A stretch of DNA of 64,000 bases from assembly GCF_006345805.1 (NCBI RefSeq), contig NC_043020.1, positions 20,956,001 through 21,020,000 on the forward strand, written 5' to 3'. The DNA comes from Octopus sinensis. Lineage: Eukaryota. Each line of letters begins with the position of its first letter. Within the stretch, counting starts at the first letter, position 1. The translations under genes and the position numbers were made by a program. This document shows positions 46,873 to 60,924 of this stretch, piece after piece. The notes beneath the pieces are model-generated. The model was not told where the DNA came from. It ran no database searches and was given only the letters and a program-made list of their open reading frames with translations.

Positions 46873-49610
46873 TGTAACGAACTTAGTTTGAGTCAATATC
46901 CTCGTGCACTTTTGGGGTGCACAAAGCGATCACTCTCACTAGCCGCTGCTTTAATAATCCAGAATTCTACTAGTCAGAAACAACAAGACGCAGACGTGAA
47001 ATATATATATATAACTACTTTATTCTCTTTCTTGTTAACGATAACAATAAGTGTGTTATCTGATGTCCTTGATTCTGGGCGCGCAAGGCTGAAATTTAAT
47101 AGATTGTAATATTTACAATCTCCAACCGCTAAACCAGAAAGGATTCAAGATGGCGTCGAACAATGGAGACGATGTTGGTCTGCAACAATTTTGGTTAAAA
47201 GTCTTCGGCCAAAGGACTGCTAGAATCTAATCCTGACGGAGAGAATATATGCGTGACCGCCGCCTTCAATCGCTGGGTCCCAAGTCCCCGCTTGCTGCTG
47301 CTAGTGGTCAAACGTTCTACGATCCCCCTGCCTTGGCCAGGGTCGTGCTTCCGGTGGTTCGCGCATGCGCGAGAGGGCCCTTCCTCTCACTTGGTGAAGG
47401 CAACAACACGCGCGAAATACAAATGGACAGTGCGCGAGCGCGCGCCGTTGCAGGGTCACTACAGGCTCCCCTCCAGTGCGTACGCACGAAAGGAAACTTA
47501 TTGTAGTGACTGCAAAAACTCAAGGTGGACACCAGATAACCAAATAGCACACAATAATATAATGGCAAAATTTATAACATACACAAGAAATTTACTAAAG
47601 GAAAAAAGAGAAAAAATACTCAATGAGCAAAAATCAAGAGTGCATGCATGAAAGTGTATACGTCACAAAGTATAAACCCTTCCGCTGAAAGGAGCGGAGG
47701 GAAAGCAAAACTCACAGTTAATGAACCTAAACGAAAATTAAAATCCAACTTCTCTAAAGGTAGTTGATCCTGCGAAATAGCAGTTAAATCAATTGCTGCA
47801 GGAGAGGAAATGGAATTGGCAGAAGCTCGCTAGTAACACAAAAGGCAAAAGTGCAAACATGCTGGTGTGATGCGCGACACAGATAATTTTCTGTTAATTA
47901 CGTGACCAACAGTGGTCTAACAGGGAAAAATAATTACGCCTATAAATCGGCGCAGCGCATTTGATCATCCACGTCCTATGAGTCGGGAAAGGAATTAATC
48001 TAGCGCAAACGTGTTGCAATATTCAAGGCAATACACGTGCGAAGCAAAAGGCGCATGAAATGCAATAAGGGCTTGCCAGACCGAAAAAAACAGCAAGAAT
48101 ATGCCAGTGGTTGATCGATTATATGCCTCGTTCGTACAGGAACAAAGGTATGACATGCTGGCGCGTCATAATGGACAAACAACCCTCTCTATGTATACGT
48201 GACCGACCTAGGGTCTATAGAAATGAGGGGTGTCCACAAAAGGCAAATTCAGCATGGAAAAAAAAACAAGCGAGAAAAGCATGTGTGACGTATGTATGTG
48301 AGAGAGAACATTTATGTGTGTGTACGTGTGTGCGACAGAAATACATACAAGGTGAATGCGAGCAAAATATAAAAACAGCGCATAGAAAAATGTCTCTCAA
48401 GTGCTATTTCAGACAAGAATTAATTTACCAGTCTGCAATAGCCTGATGTACAATAGCAGTTCGTTCTGTAACAGAAATGTTGAAATCACAAATGCAGATG
48501 CCGGTTGAACACATATCGTGTAACGGTTGTGGCTTCGATGCTGTGACAGGTTAACTGGAACAGAAGAAATCTCGTAGATAGTGCTGGGCTGTGAATTCTT
48601 GGTGTGCTAATGCACAAACGGCAAGTGGACCAAACTTCCGCGAGTTGCTATGTACATCTTGGTGGAGGTCGACGGTGTTGAAAGGCGACGTTGGTGGTGG
48701 AAGGCGACTGTAGTGGACTTGGGACAACATCGTTCTTAGTGATGATGGCGACGAAGATAACGACGACGTGAAGTAGACAGACGACGATGACGATGACGAA
48801 GGTGGAGAAAAGGCATCGAATATATGATGGCGTCCGTCATCATGGCTGTAGAAGAAGAAAGAGGCTCCTTCTACAACTGTTTGTGGTGGCCGGAAACAAA
48901 TCGTCGAAAGATGAATGCGTAGAGTTAAATCGTGTTCCGACTTCGCAGAAAAACTGGATTTTTTTTGTTGATAAGTGATCTCTGGTTTTAGACCAGAATC
49001 ACGTCGGGGTCACCACTTGTAAGGAACTTAGTGCGAGTGAATATCTTCGTGCACTTTTGGGGTGCACAAAGCAATCACTCACTAGCCGTTGCTTTAATAA
49101 TCCAGAATTCTACTAGTCAGAAACAACAAGACGCAGACGTAAAATATACATATAACTACTTTATTCTCTTTCTTGGTAAACAATAACAATAAGTGTGTTA
49201 TCTGATGTCCTTGATTCTGGGCGCGCAAGGCTGAAAGTTAATAGATTGTAATATTTACAATCTTCAGCCCAAAAACGGAAAGGGGTCAAGATGGCGTCGA
49301 ACAATGGAGACGATGTTGGTCTGCAACAATTTGGTAAGGACTGCTAGAAGCTAGTTCCAACGGAGAGAAAATATATCGCGTGACGTCGCCTTCAATCGCT
49401 GGGTCCCAAGTCCCCGCTGCTGCTGGACGCTGGTGGTCAACGTCTTACGACCCCCTTGCCTCGGCTAACTGCTACGTAGGCAAAGGGGTTCTTCTTCCGG
49501 TGCTTCGCGCATGCGCGAGAGGGCCCTTCCTTTCTGTGCCTTGGTGAAGGCACCAACACGCGCGAAATACAAATGGTCGGTGCGCGAGCGCGCGTTATAA
49601 TATCACTACA
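46873..49610 (-). mobile_element. Non-autonomous LTR retroelement (2738 bp), CTAG TSD
   Basis: LTRs 46873-47463 and 49018-49610 with TG..CA ends; CTAG at 46869-46872 and 49611-49614; PPT GGAGGGGAGCC (47464-47474); no recognisable gag/pol ORF. Confidence 0.93.
48997..49015 (-). promoter_or_regulatory. Primer-binding site complementary to tRNA-Trp
   Basis: Plus strand AATCACGTCGGGGTCACCA equals, from memory, the 3' end of eukaryotic tRNA-Trp(CCA); lies 2 nt from the 5' LTR. Confidence 0.85.
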
Positions 49611-49796
49611 CTAGGGACGAGCCGACAACGATATATATGAGCGATACTTTTTACTAAAACTGTATCCAAGAGAACAGAAATAGTAGAAGTTAACGAAAAT
49701 AAAGCATTATGTAGGATCGATTATCAGCAACGTCGTTTGGGTAAAAGTAAGGATTGATATCAGAAGAATCAGATAAAAACAAATAGCTAGAAACAT

Positions 49797-50010
49797 TGGT
49801 TTCAAATTTTGACACAAAGTCAGTAAGTTCGGGAGAGGAGGTAAGTTGATTACACCGATTCCAAAGTTCAACTGGTACTTATTTTATCGACCTCAAAAGA
49901 ATGGAAGGCAAAGTCGACCTTGTCTGAATTTGAACTCAGAACGCAAAGACAGACGAAATGCCGCTAAACATTTTGTGCGGAGTGCTAACGATTCTGCCAG
50001 ATCACAGACT
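49797..50010 (-). mobile_element. SINE family B
   Basis: Reverse complement contains TGGCAGAATCGTTAG, GAGTTCAAATT and GGTCGATAAAATAAGTACCAG. Confidence 0.8.
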
Positions 50011-50466
50011 TAAAGTAACTAGCAATATGTAAGTAATGTCAATGACCCAGGTTTTATTTTATTGATTTCTGATGACATTCTTCTCTTTCTCTTCGTTCTT
50101 TTTCGATTTTCTATTCGTGCCAGGAGATGACTTCAATTCATTCTTGACCCATCCTTAATGTCGCCTTTCCTAAATTTCTCCATACAATTTCGTTTTTCGT
50201 TATATATTCTTTCTTTCCAACAGATGTTAACGACCTTATGTAAAGTTAGCTTCAAGTAGCTTATCTTGCTTTCAAGAGAGCAACGATGTCTGAGTAAACA
50301 GAAACACACTTAAACCCTCTTAAATTGTGACACGAATAAACCAATTTCCAGGGAATTATTACACAGGAAACTGGATCCTGTTAAGTCATCCGCTACTAAG
50401 GGCTTTTCATTTTAAAGAAGTATTTGAAAGAGAAGCCAGCTAGATGGAGCCCAACTCTCAGAAATG

Positions 50467-50577
50467 TTAAGAATGCCTGAAGTGAAAAAAAAAAAAGAAA
50501 TCGCTTGCCTTGGAATAAGAAATGTAGCAATATCCTGAAGAGTACACGTATACATCCATTTATTTACGTGCGCGCGC

Positions 50578-50614
<37 letters not shown>

Positions 50615-52980
50615 TCCGATCTAGTAAACATTTAAGTCAATATATATTCAGTATCCAACACAGTATTTATAAATAGGTTTATTCATATTCTTACATCATA
50701 GTTACCGTTGTTTTGGCCAAGTGAATGTCCGCGAAGCCTCACCAGAGAAGTTTTCTGACGAGGCGCAGCGAGCATTCTGGTTGAAACATCGATGGCTATG
50801 TTGCATAATGAATAAACCCATACATAATGAGACCTTACAAAATCGTAATTAAAATTACACTGTATTGAAGATGAAAAGACAATCATAGAATGATGATTAA
50901 TAATATCGAGAAAAAAAAATAATGACAAAGGAGACAGCTACAAAGTTTGATAAATTTAAATCAATGTGAATAATTCAATGGGAGTCTAATCATCGATACA
51001 TATTTCGATCTTATTAACTTTTCTTAGCGAAATAAATACTTGCTAACCCTGGCTGGTTTTAACTGATTTAGCTATATAGAGAGAACTTTTGTGAATTAAG
51101 ATTAATAGGTATGAAAACTAGGAAGAATGTCCGAGGAAAAATACCCAGTGATGCTCTCTGTATTAAAAACAAATTGCAAAGTACGTTTTAACATGAATAA
51201 TTTATAAAAAGTATACTATTATTGGAGGGAAATAAAAAAAATGAAGCATGATGTTTAATCCCGGTCAAAATCAAAACGGGGAAATACCCCTTACTTTACC
51301 ACAGTAAATATACACGTGTGTGTACAGTTAGTTGTACGTCTACTACTGGTGAGTTTAGAGGTACACATAGACTATCATCATCCAATCTGCTTCCAATATA
51401 GTGGTTTAGTTACAAATGTGCTTGGTAGTATTACTAAGTATGATATACAGAACAAATGTAAGAGAAATTATGATAAACACAAGTTTATAGCATTCGTTCC
51501 CTATGTACCATAAAAAGTCAGGAGGTATGAGAGGTGAATGCATTTAACCGCTTTTCATCCTTAGGATTACGGCCGTTTTGCAGTCTTCATGTAATAAAAA
51601 ATTCAGTGTACAATAAATTATGCAGTAATATGCATATTGCGCATTATGCAATACAAATGTATATTCAAAAAACAATGAAAATACAGAAAGCTGGCTCATC
51701 AGATCACCAGGACATCATAGTTACACCAATGATTCAACTCTAAGTATACATACAAATTCTTTATATTTACAATGTACTGAAGATCGAGACAAGGTGAAAT
51801 TAGTTTGGTGTGGTCAGTAAATGGTCAATAAAATTAAAGATATATTGCTTCCTAATACTTAAGGTGCTAGATCTAAGTTCAGTGAAATGACCATCCTTCA
51901 TGTTGGAAGTGATAAGAAAAGGAAGTGAAGTAGTTAAAGTAAATATAAAAAATAACTTTAAAAAGTATATAAAAGTTCATATATAAATACGATATAAATG
52001 AGTTAAATAGGGAACAGAGAGTTAGGTATATGAAAACTAAACTAAGAGGTAGTATCGAACAATAGTAATTTTTAAATAGGATTAAAAGGTCAAAAGACCA
52101 CACATGAAAGCTTATGGAGTTTAATTTTTATCACATTTCTAACCACACCTTTAAAATACCTTCTGTCACAATGAACTGCAGTGAAAGTAAAACAATACTC
52201 ACACCAATATAGAAGCACATGGACAGAAGCATTAACATACTAAAACATACGTAACTACACTCATCTAATTGTATACTCTTATACCTATTGATATACATTC
52301 AGACCACAGGGCGACAAACAATAGCACACATACACATATAAACACACACACAAGTACAAATACATACATATAAGTACATACAAAGCACATGCATACATAT
52401 ACACACAATATAAATACACATAGATACAAATGTATGCATATGAAAATATATGTATGCCTATAGACAGTTATACAAGCATACATATGTACATAAATACACA
52501 TACTCACATACTTGCATGTTTAGATACACGCACATATATACATTGTAAATCCTATGCAGATACACACTCATGCAAGCATATTCAGCGTGCACACACACAC
52601 ACTAACCCTGGGTATTTTTCCTCGGACATTCTTCCTAGTTTTCATACCTATCAATGTTTATCCACAAAAGTTCTTTATATACAGTTTAATCAGTTAAAAC
52701 CAGCCAGGGTGAAGAATGCTTGAAGTGAAAAAATAATAATAAATCGCTTGTCTTGGTTGGAATAAGAAATGTAGTAATATCCTGAAGAATACACGCATAC
52801 ATCCATCTATTTACGTGCGCGCGTGCGCAAACGCACACACACACACACACACACGATTCCAATCTAGTAAACGTTTAAGTCAATATATATTCAGTATCCA
52901 ACACAGTATTTATAAATAGGTTTATTCATATTCTTACATCATAGTTATCGTTGTTGTGGCCAAGTGAATGTCCGCGAAGA
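50467..52980. repeat. ~270 bp direct repeats (50467-50737, 52710-52980) plus inverted ~104 bp CCC..-ended units (51047-51150, 52606-52709)
   Basis: Both matches are visible by eye; the direct repeat begins at TTAA (50467) / TGAA (52710). Confidence 0.8.
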
Positions 52981-53245
52981 TTCATCAGAGTTAAAAATAT
53001 GAATAATGATAAAAGAAAATGTAACAAACTAAATAAAGACAAAAACAATATATTGTTATAAATGATTACAATAATAATACTAATATTGATAATGAGAATA
53101 TGAGCAATAGTAAGAAACATAGGAAAGTATACAAGCATAGATATAATATACCTAAGAATAACAATTTAATACCAATGATAATATAAAAAATAAAAAAAAT
53201 AAAAAGGATATTATATGGTTAATTATTCCATATGGGTCTCAAGTT

Positions 53246-53926
53246 ATGACTAATATTACCAAGGAGACACTTAAAACTGTAAAAATTGTTTTTAAAAAGG
53301 ACAACGGTTACTCAAATATATTTTCCAATAAAACCATAAGAGTGGGATACTCAATATCGAGAAACGTATGTAATATCATTTCCTCTATAAATAATAAGAA
53401 ATTAAATAATTATTATAATAGCATAATAAATAATAACTCTAGCAATAATATAACCAATAGTGATAGAAGTCTTAATCAACATATAGAAAAATGTTCATGT
53501 CGTGATAAGACTAAATGTAAACTCTCTAATAATCGTAATATTAATAATGTAATTTATAAATGTAGAGTAACCTCTAAGAACAATAATAATAAAATTATAA
53601 ATAAGGCTTATATTGGATCAACAGCTAATGACATTAAAAAAAGAATATCCCAACTCTACCAGACCTTCAAAAATCCTAATTTAAGTAAGCCCACAGGCTT
53701 AAGTAAATATATATGAGAACTAAAATCTAGAAAAAGAGAGTACACCCTTAACTGGAGTATAATAGATAGAACCCACTCCTATAATGGGAATAACATGTGT
53801 TTATTATGCATAACAGAATTTATGAAACTACTACAATCTAGAGATGAATCATTAAACACATATGATGAACGAGGAGTTAAATGTAGGCACCGAAGTAATT
53901 TTACCTTCAATAAAATGAAGTGCTGA
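53246..53926 (+). pseudogene. Penelope-like GIY-YIG endonuclease domain (one in-frame stop)
   Basis: CSC..KC..VIYKC..AYIGST..KKR..LSKYI*ELK..CLLC..E..LN..E..KCRH. Confidence 0.9.
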
Positions 53927-55053
53927 ACCCCCACCCCTGAATCAAATATCCACACAATTTTATTTCTACAGCACTTGAATAGACTTTATAAATAAATAAA
54001 TGAATTAAATATTACCAAAATTATATAATAACAAATTATATATATCTCCCAACATAGGTAAATTGAAGATAATAATAAAGGATAGTTTAAATTTAAACTA
54101 TGCATAATGTAATTACCCCCTTGGTACTAATCACCTATAAATTCCCATAGTTCCCTGTTATCTTCTTCCTCTAATCGCCATTTTGAAAACTAATCCTGGT
54201 ACCAGCAAAAAAGGAAGATATGTATTTGAATTTTTCTTGTTATATTTCACATTTAAACACAGGCATTTTTATTCTGAAGTATAATTTTATATCTTATAAT
54301 TTGTATTTGACATTATATATTTGACTTTACAAGGTTGATATATATACTAATTCATATTTATAATATATAATTTATAAATTTTAATTCTTAATATTACAAA
54401 GTATAATTTTAATTTTTAATCTTTCATGTTTAATTTTGCTTATTTTTTAAAGGGATATAAAATTAGATATAAAATTAGATATAAAATTTATATAAAGGGA
54501 TATAAAATTAGATTTACGCTGGCATTACGCTATCATTACGCTGGCATTGTTACTTCCTTTAGACAGCAAATGTTTTATGTGGAGAGCTCAGGTGCTGAGA
54601 TGAGAAATCCCATCCCTGCACCCGATCAGAGATGAGAAGGAAAAGATAAAGTACTCGATAACCTTTTTGTATGGAGTATCAGGAAAGTGAAAGAAAAATT
54701 TCAACAATAACCGGTAGTACTAAAATTTGGCTGCAAAATACTTAAAAAAGAAAAAAAAAGCAGGAGTAGAAAAAAGAGGAAAAGAGAAAAAGGGTAACTA
54801 TTGTGAAAATGTCATGATCAGAGAAAAATGCTAAACAAATGTTAAATAAAATTTTAAAATTGCTATTATCTTTGCTAAATACTAGATTCAAAATTTTCCT
54901 ACTAAATGCTTAGAAAATATACTTGATCTAGCATTAAAAAGGTTAAATTGAAGGGCTTATAGGGAACCTTTTTCGTGCATTTGATATTCACTTATGACGT
55001 TCGCATGTATTGTGAATTTATCGCTCGACTGGTATTTTAGTCGTGATCAACAT

Positions 55054-55450
55054 GTAGGAGTGGCTGTGTGGATATGCGTTGGAGTGGATGTGTGGTAAGT
55101 AGCTTTCTTACGAACCACATGGTTCCGGGTTCAGTCCCACTGCGTGGCACCTAGGGCAAGTGTCTTTACTATAGCCTCGGGCCGACCAAAGCCTTGTGAG
55201 TGGATTTGGTAGACGGAAACTGAAAGAAGCCCGTCGTGTATATATATGTTTGTGTGTCTGTGTTTGTCCCCACCAACATCGCTTGACAACCGATGCTGGT
55301 GTGTTTACGTCCCCGTAATTTGGCGGTTCGGCAAAAGAGACCGGTAGAATAAGTACTAGGCTTACCAAGAATAAGTCATGGGGTCGATTTGCTCAACTAA
55401 AGGCGGTGCTCCGGCATGGCCACAGTCAAGTGACTGAAACAAGTAAAAGA
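55054..55450 (+). mobile_element. Near full-length SINE family A
   Basis: Head, B-box GGTTCAGTCC, core and 3' tail ending AAACAAGTAAAAGA. Confidence 0.88.
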
Positions 55451-57109
55451 GTAACATATCTTGTATTATTTTGTCCTGTATATTTTTAACCGATTTGAAG
55501 ATTGCAGGGCAGCATTTGAGAGAATTTGGATTGCAACCTCGAGCAATTGCGGAGAGGTTTTTCACAAACTTGTGTTCTTGTGACAAGCAAGTAGTCTTTA
55601 CGTTTATGTTAAATAACTATGGCAGAATTATGATTGCAAATGAGTGTATGTGTTTGTGCATGCATATGTGTATGTGTTTGAGTCTGTATAAGTGTGCATG
55701 TATATGTGAATGTATACGTGTAACGATGTGTGAGCGTATGACTATGCATGTGTGCGTATAAGAGTACGTGTATGTACGTACGAGAATGTGCATATGTATA
55801 TGGCTGCACAAGATTGCTACCTTCAGTCGTCTTAGACTCTTTGTCATTAGAGCAAGACCGTTTGGAAACTAATGTGCAACAGCTTCTCCACGCTAAGCAT
55901 AACCACGCACATGCATCCCTCAGATTTCTTCAATCCTCTACGTCCCATGTACTCTGGCAACTATCTAGTGACAACAAAAGCAGGATTGCACATCTCTGGT
56001 GCTCCTGGTTACGACATGGCACAAAGGGAGTTATTGAGTTCTGACAGACAAGCTTCATTCTATTTCGTCAGTTCGTGAAATTATTGTACAAAGTAAAGGT
56101 GCTTTTTGACACTTTTATGGTTTTTCTTTCCATTGATGCATAAAAATGTTATTTACAACAAATAGAAACACCAACAAAAATAGAAGTATTTTTAACTGAC
56201 GAATATCTTTGAAAGAAAAATATTGTCACAAAACACTAAAAAAAACCATTGACACAGTGGAACAAAAGAACGTTTAGAGTAACGAGATCCTGCGCCGTGC
56301 GCACGCGTACATACGCACGCACACGCATAAATATATATGCACTCAATCACATCCACACACATACAAGCGCGCGCGCACACACATACACACACTTCAATAA
56401 GCGAGTAACGCTTAAAACCAAAACTGGATGAACAAGCAAGAAGGCGAAGAAGGATATTGTCTCAAATAACTGAGGCAAAGCACAGGGGTCGTGTAATGTT
56501 CTGAAATGAGGAGGAATGCCAATAATATCTGCCTATTCTCTTCTATGACAGTATCTGGGGTAACGAAATAGGAGGGTCAAACCAATTGTATTGGGAGTAA
56601 GTCCAAGGTCACGAAGAATGACATGATCTAGTAGGGTCTCAGTGGATAAATCTTCATGACCCTCAAAGACCACTCTACCATCCCAGTACGGCTTCTCGTT
56701 GTAGTTGCTTAAGGAAAGATAGTGAAACTGGTGGTGTTACATACTGGTGATATATGTAGAAACAAAAACAAAACAAAAAAGAAAAAATGCAGCTGTTATC
56801 AAAGCACTATCGGTGATTAAAATCATAGAAATACTGGAACAATCAGTCTTGTGTGCCAGAAGTTGACTAAAAGGCCTAGGGACTACTTTTATGCGACCTT
56901 GGCCAGCGATGAGTGAGAGAAAGATTGAAGAGATGTCTTCAATAACATATTCCAGTCTCAGTCACGAAGTGGATCTATCAAACTGACTTCTGCTTAATGC
57001 CTTGCGAACACTGTAAAGGTTGTAAAACGTGACATGGACAGTTGTAACAGAGACAACGAAACCGTATCCAGCATAGAGGAACACAGCAGACGTTCTGCGC
57101 GACAGAATT

Positions 57110-57460
57110 CATCCTCACATCTCTGAACAGGGCCTTAGGCTCAATTCAGACGTCTTTGTGGAGTTCCTGGAGAATGTGGTCAAAGGCCATATGTCTGTCA
57201 GCAGGCTTCAGCTCCTTGCCGTACCCCCAGAAAGAGTCAGAAGTTGTTGTTGGAGAATTTCTACAACTTCCCCGACCCAATTTCTGGCCACCTAATTTCT
57301 CCGATTGTAATCCCTTTCATTACTATGTGGTGCGCGGTTGAGAAAGAAACCAACTGCTCTGCTTGCAATGCCAAGGCTAAGCTGGCGGCCAAGTCCATAG
57401 AGGTGTTTGAAGTTCTTTTCAGAAACTCAGTGAGGAATGCTTCGAGTTGTAAAAAATGGT
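57110..57460 (+). pseudogene. Tc1/mariner-superfamily transposase remnant (maT/DD37D-like)
   Basis: GLRLNSD..RKSQKLLLENFYNF..FWPPNFSDCNPFHYYV/WCAVEKETN, with frameshifts. Confidence 0.65.
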
Positions 57461-57789
57461 AAGAGGCTTAGTGCCTCACTTTGTAAGGACGTGGAGTCCA
57501 TTTGTGAAAAATGTAAGAGGCTTATTGGCTCATATGAAAGAACCTTGTGTCCCAATGAACTATAGTAAGAAGTTTATAACCTCAATTCGTTTTATAAAAG
57601 AGAAAAATAGAACAATGTTCTCGGGAAGCATCGATCGGCAGGCGTCGTCTGCTTCTCTCATCTATATCATTATTTTGCTCATCATTCACTTCATTTGTGT
57701 TGTTATCCAGCCCGCACTTACTTCTATCTATGTAATGTCTTTATGGCAAATTCGATTAAATGAACTAAAGAAATAAGGACAGCTATATC

Positions 57790-58700
57790 ACCTGGAGGGT
57801 GATAAGGTGTGGAGTCCGCTGGCAGAGGAATTCTTCCCGCAACCAGCTTCTTTGGAGAGATTTAAACCCGGTTTCATTAAAAGACGGAATCTGACTTTAT
57901 GGTAGAATGAGTGCCGACAGGCATTCAAGCTGATCCACAAGGTGGGCAAGGCCGGCAGCGGGAATACCACCTCGGTGTTCTATAGAGGGCTGTTAGAGGC
58001 AAAAAATGACGACGTCCTAGGAGGGGCTCTGGGGTTCGACGAGAATCAACTCTCCAACCTGTTTAAGAAGACTTTCAGGCCGGGGTATTTGGACAATTAC
58101 CAAAAATCCCTAACTTGGCAGTGCTATAGGAATGCATTACCTGTTATTAAGGCACGGAATGTCAGTGCCACCGACGTGTCCAAGATGTGGGTTGGACGAT
58201 GAAACCGTTCAACACGCTTTTGTACATTGTCGGGAGCTGTCAAGCTTGATAAGTTACGTAGAACACGTGTTGTCGCATCTGGGACGAGTACAGCTGTCGG
58301 CTGGATCTATGATAAAGATGATAACACCAACTGGACTCTCAAAGGAAGGTGAGGCTTGTTTTTACTGTACGGTGGCAGTACTGAAAGAGTGTGTGCGGAG
58401 AATCAGAATGGAAGGTTTTGTGACAGGATCCTTCGTCTCTGGCCCCGGTTTGTTAAACTACTTCAGATATCATCTGAAGAGCAAGATGGGGTTGGAGAAG
58501 AGGAACCTGCCACAGAAAGAGTATGTGAAACGATGAGAAAGGTGGATGTGAGTAACCCAGCTTAATCATCGAAGAAAGGAAAAATTAGTTGCTGGGCCTT
58601 ATAGGCTGCCGGGTTCAAAATTTTTGGAACCTGCATTTTCCCCTTTTCGTTTTAGCATATGTCATGTTTTCTTATTTTATTAAAAGAAAAAAATACACAC
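57790..58700 (+). mobile_element. Tx1/L1-clade LINE 3' end (C-terminal CCHC zinc knuckle)
   Basis: SLTWQCYRNALPV; TCPRCGLDDETVQHAFVHC; A-rich end. Confidence 0.85.
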
Positions 58701-58924
58701 AAAAGTTCTCGTTGTAAGCCAATGATTCGTTTAAAGGCAAAAGTAAGCCAAGTTTTCGTTTATGTCATATTACAACTAAATTTTTAAGTCTCATTCGAAC
58801 TCATTTAACATTCTTTGTATTTGTCTGTCTTGTTATGTCCCTATCTATGTAAGATCGCATGATTGTAATAAAGATTTTGCTATAACAGTCTCATAAAAAA
58901 GTCTCAAAACTTCTGGAATGCATT

Positions 58925-58970
<46 letters not shown>

Positions 58971-59539
58971 TGTGTGTGAGTGAGTGAGTGTGTGTGCGTG
59001 CGTGTGTGTGTATGCGTGTGTACTGTATGCATGTATGCATGCGTTTATACATATTATGACATGATCATAACATTTTTTATGAAACAAACAATGGAAGAGT
59101 TTAAATATATCATTGGTCTTTGTTGTGTCTATAATACAAGAAATTTTAAAGTATTCCATAGGTGACGTCAATTCATACGTCGGAAAAAAAAGTGAACCGC
59201 TATTAAGATGTTTTTTTTCAAATTTTTTACAAATAAATCTACATTCCTTGTGGCATAAAAAAATTTCATGTGTTAATAGAGTCTCTCTTTACATATCGTG
59301 GCTAACTCCTGTATCTCATTGCAGATAGGTTAAAATGTCAGTTATCTTTTCTTTCACAGTGAGTTAATTTATTCTCTTACAACTATTATTATCAAACAAA
59401 CACCGAATGGAACTTTTGATTTATTTTTCGTTTTTAAACATTATTAACATCATGTCATAAATGGCTTTTATTTTTACCTGTCAATTTACTGACATCACTT
59501 TCAATAAGGCACTCAGCTTAAATGAAACGTTGAGGCTTA

Positions 59540-60600
59540 CAAACTTCTGACCGGTTCGCGGAATACCTCCGAGACATCTGACTCGGCAATGACACCCCAG
59601 TCTCGTACCATTTCCGCTCTACAGGTCACTCTTTGCAGCACCTGTCCGTGTTCGGATTGTCCTTGCACAGGGGTCATCCGGATCCCCGTTTGTGCCGTGA
59701 ACAGGGATTAATCTTCTCTCTTCGCTCCTCTGTGCCACATGGGCTCAACTCTCCACTTCTCTTCATCTAACCTCTTCCCCTCGCCTCTCTCCCCTCACAC
59801 CTACTTCCTTCCACCCACCTCTCCTCTCTTGTTCCGACTCCTTCTCTTCACTCCTACTCTCCTTCTCTCTTCTCTTAACTCCTACCCCCTTCTCTTTCCT
59901 CTTCATCGTCACCCCTCCCTCGTAAGACCACCCCACCCCATTCCTTCCACCCACTCTCACATACCCTACCTCTACCCCCACCCTCCGCCTACCCACATAC
60001 TCACCCTCAGCCTAACCCACACCCCACCTCACCACACCTACTACACCTTACACCACCATACCACACGACACATCACAACACACCACCACGCACACATCAG
60101 TATTGACCACTTCCCGGACCCACATTTTCAAACCTACACATACACACACGCACACGTCAAGATCATCAGCCCTCTTCCAGATGCACATACAAACTCTCTT
60201 ATTCACACGCACGAGCACCTTCGTTTTGGGATCACCACTACTTTATTATCTTCCCTTCTCCCTAGCTCTCCTGTGTGACCCTTCTGTCCGTTATTTGCCA
60301 TGATAGATTGCTAGCCACTACACATTTTTTATTTTCTCTCCTTGTTTCTTTCTGTGTTCCTTTCTGTGGAAGAGCGTAGGCTCTTTTTTCACTTTTTTCA
60401 CTTCCCGAGCTTTAAAATAATATATCTGTTTGTTGTCTACACCACCTATATTCGTCTTTTGTTTTTTTGTGAATTCTCCCTATATATATATATATATATA
60501 TATAGCGATTTTCAGATGGCCAGATAACCGAAGAGATGGTGGTGTGGCTTTCCACCTCGGCATCCGAAACTCAGAGTTTTATCTTGTCTACCGAATAATT
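59540..60600 (+). mobile_element. PLE-like non-coding terminal region (CT/CA-rich)
   Basis: Composition resembles the PLE 3' region at 5800-6000 (minus strand); contains a truncated copy of the 2716 motif (~60363-60383) and an HHR-like motif. Confidence 0.45.
60522..60584 (+). ncRNA. Type I hammerhead-like motif with U4C substitution
   Basis: AGATAA-CCGAAGA-GATG..GTGG(CTTT)CCAC..CATC-C-GAAAC-TCAGA-GTT-TTATCT; 6 bp stem I is perfect. Confidence 0.65.
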
Positions 60601-60708
60601 GTCACATATTATTTTACAGATGAATTTCCTCTATTTATATAATATTGAGGTCTCTTTCTTACTTTTGCTATCTTACCGTTGTTACCAATATATATATATA
60701 TATAATAT

Positions 60709-60764
<56 letters not shown>

Positions 60765-60835
60765 ATATATATATAAAACATTATTGGTGAATTGAAGAAA
60801 TGGAGCTGAACGCAGATTGAACAGAAATCGTTTTA

Positions 60836-60924
60836 TTTCATTCTACACGTGTTTCGAAAGGCACAAATTACCAAAATCCGATTGAATAATGGGACCATAT
60901 TGTGTCTTTCTCTTCAGGAAGAAA
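60836..60924 (-). ncRNA. Type I hammerhead ribozyme (mirror copy)
   Basis: Reverse complement of 61101-61189. Confidence 0.8.

Noticed and set aside
50050-50290. Polypyrimidine tract plus CAG as a splice acceptor
   Set aside because: Such strings are common in AT-rich DNA; no coherent exon follows.
50755-50800. CTGACGA..GAAACATCGATGG hammerhead-like string
   Set aside because: U16.1 is absent, stem I is unpaired and stem II is weak.
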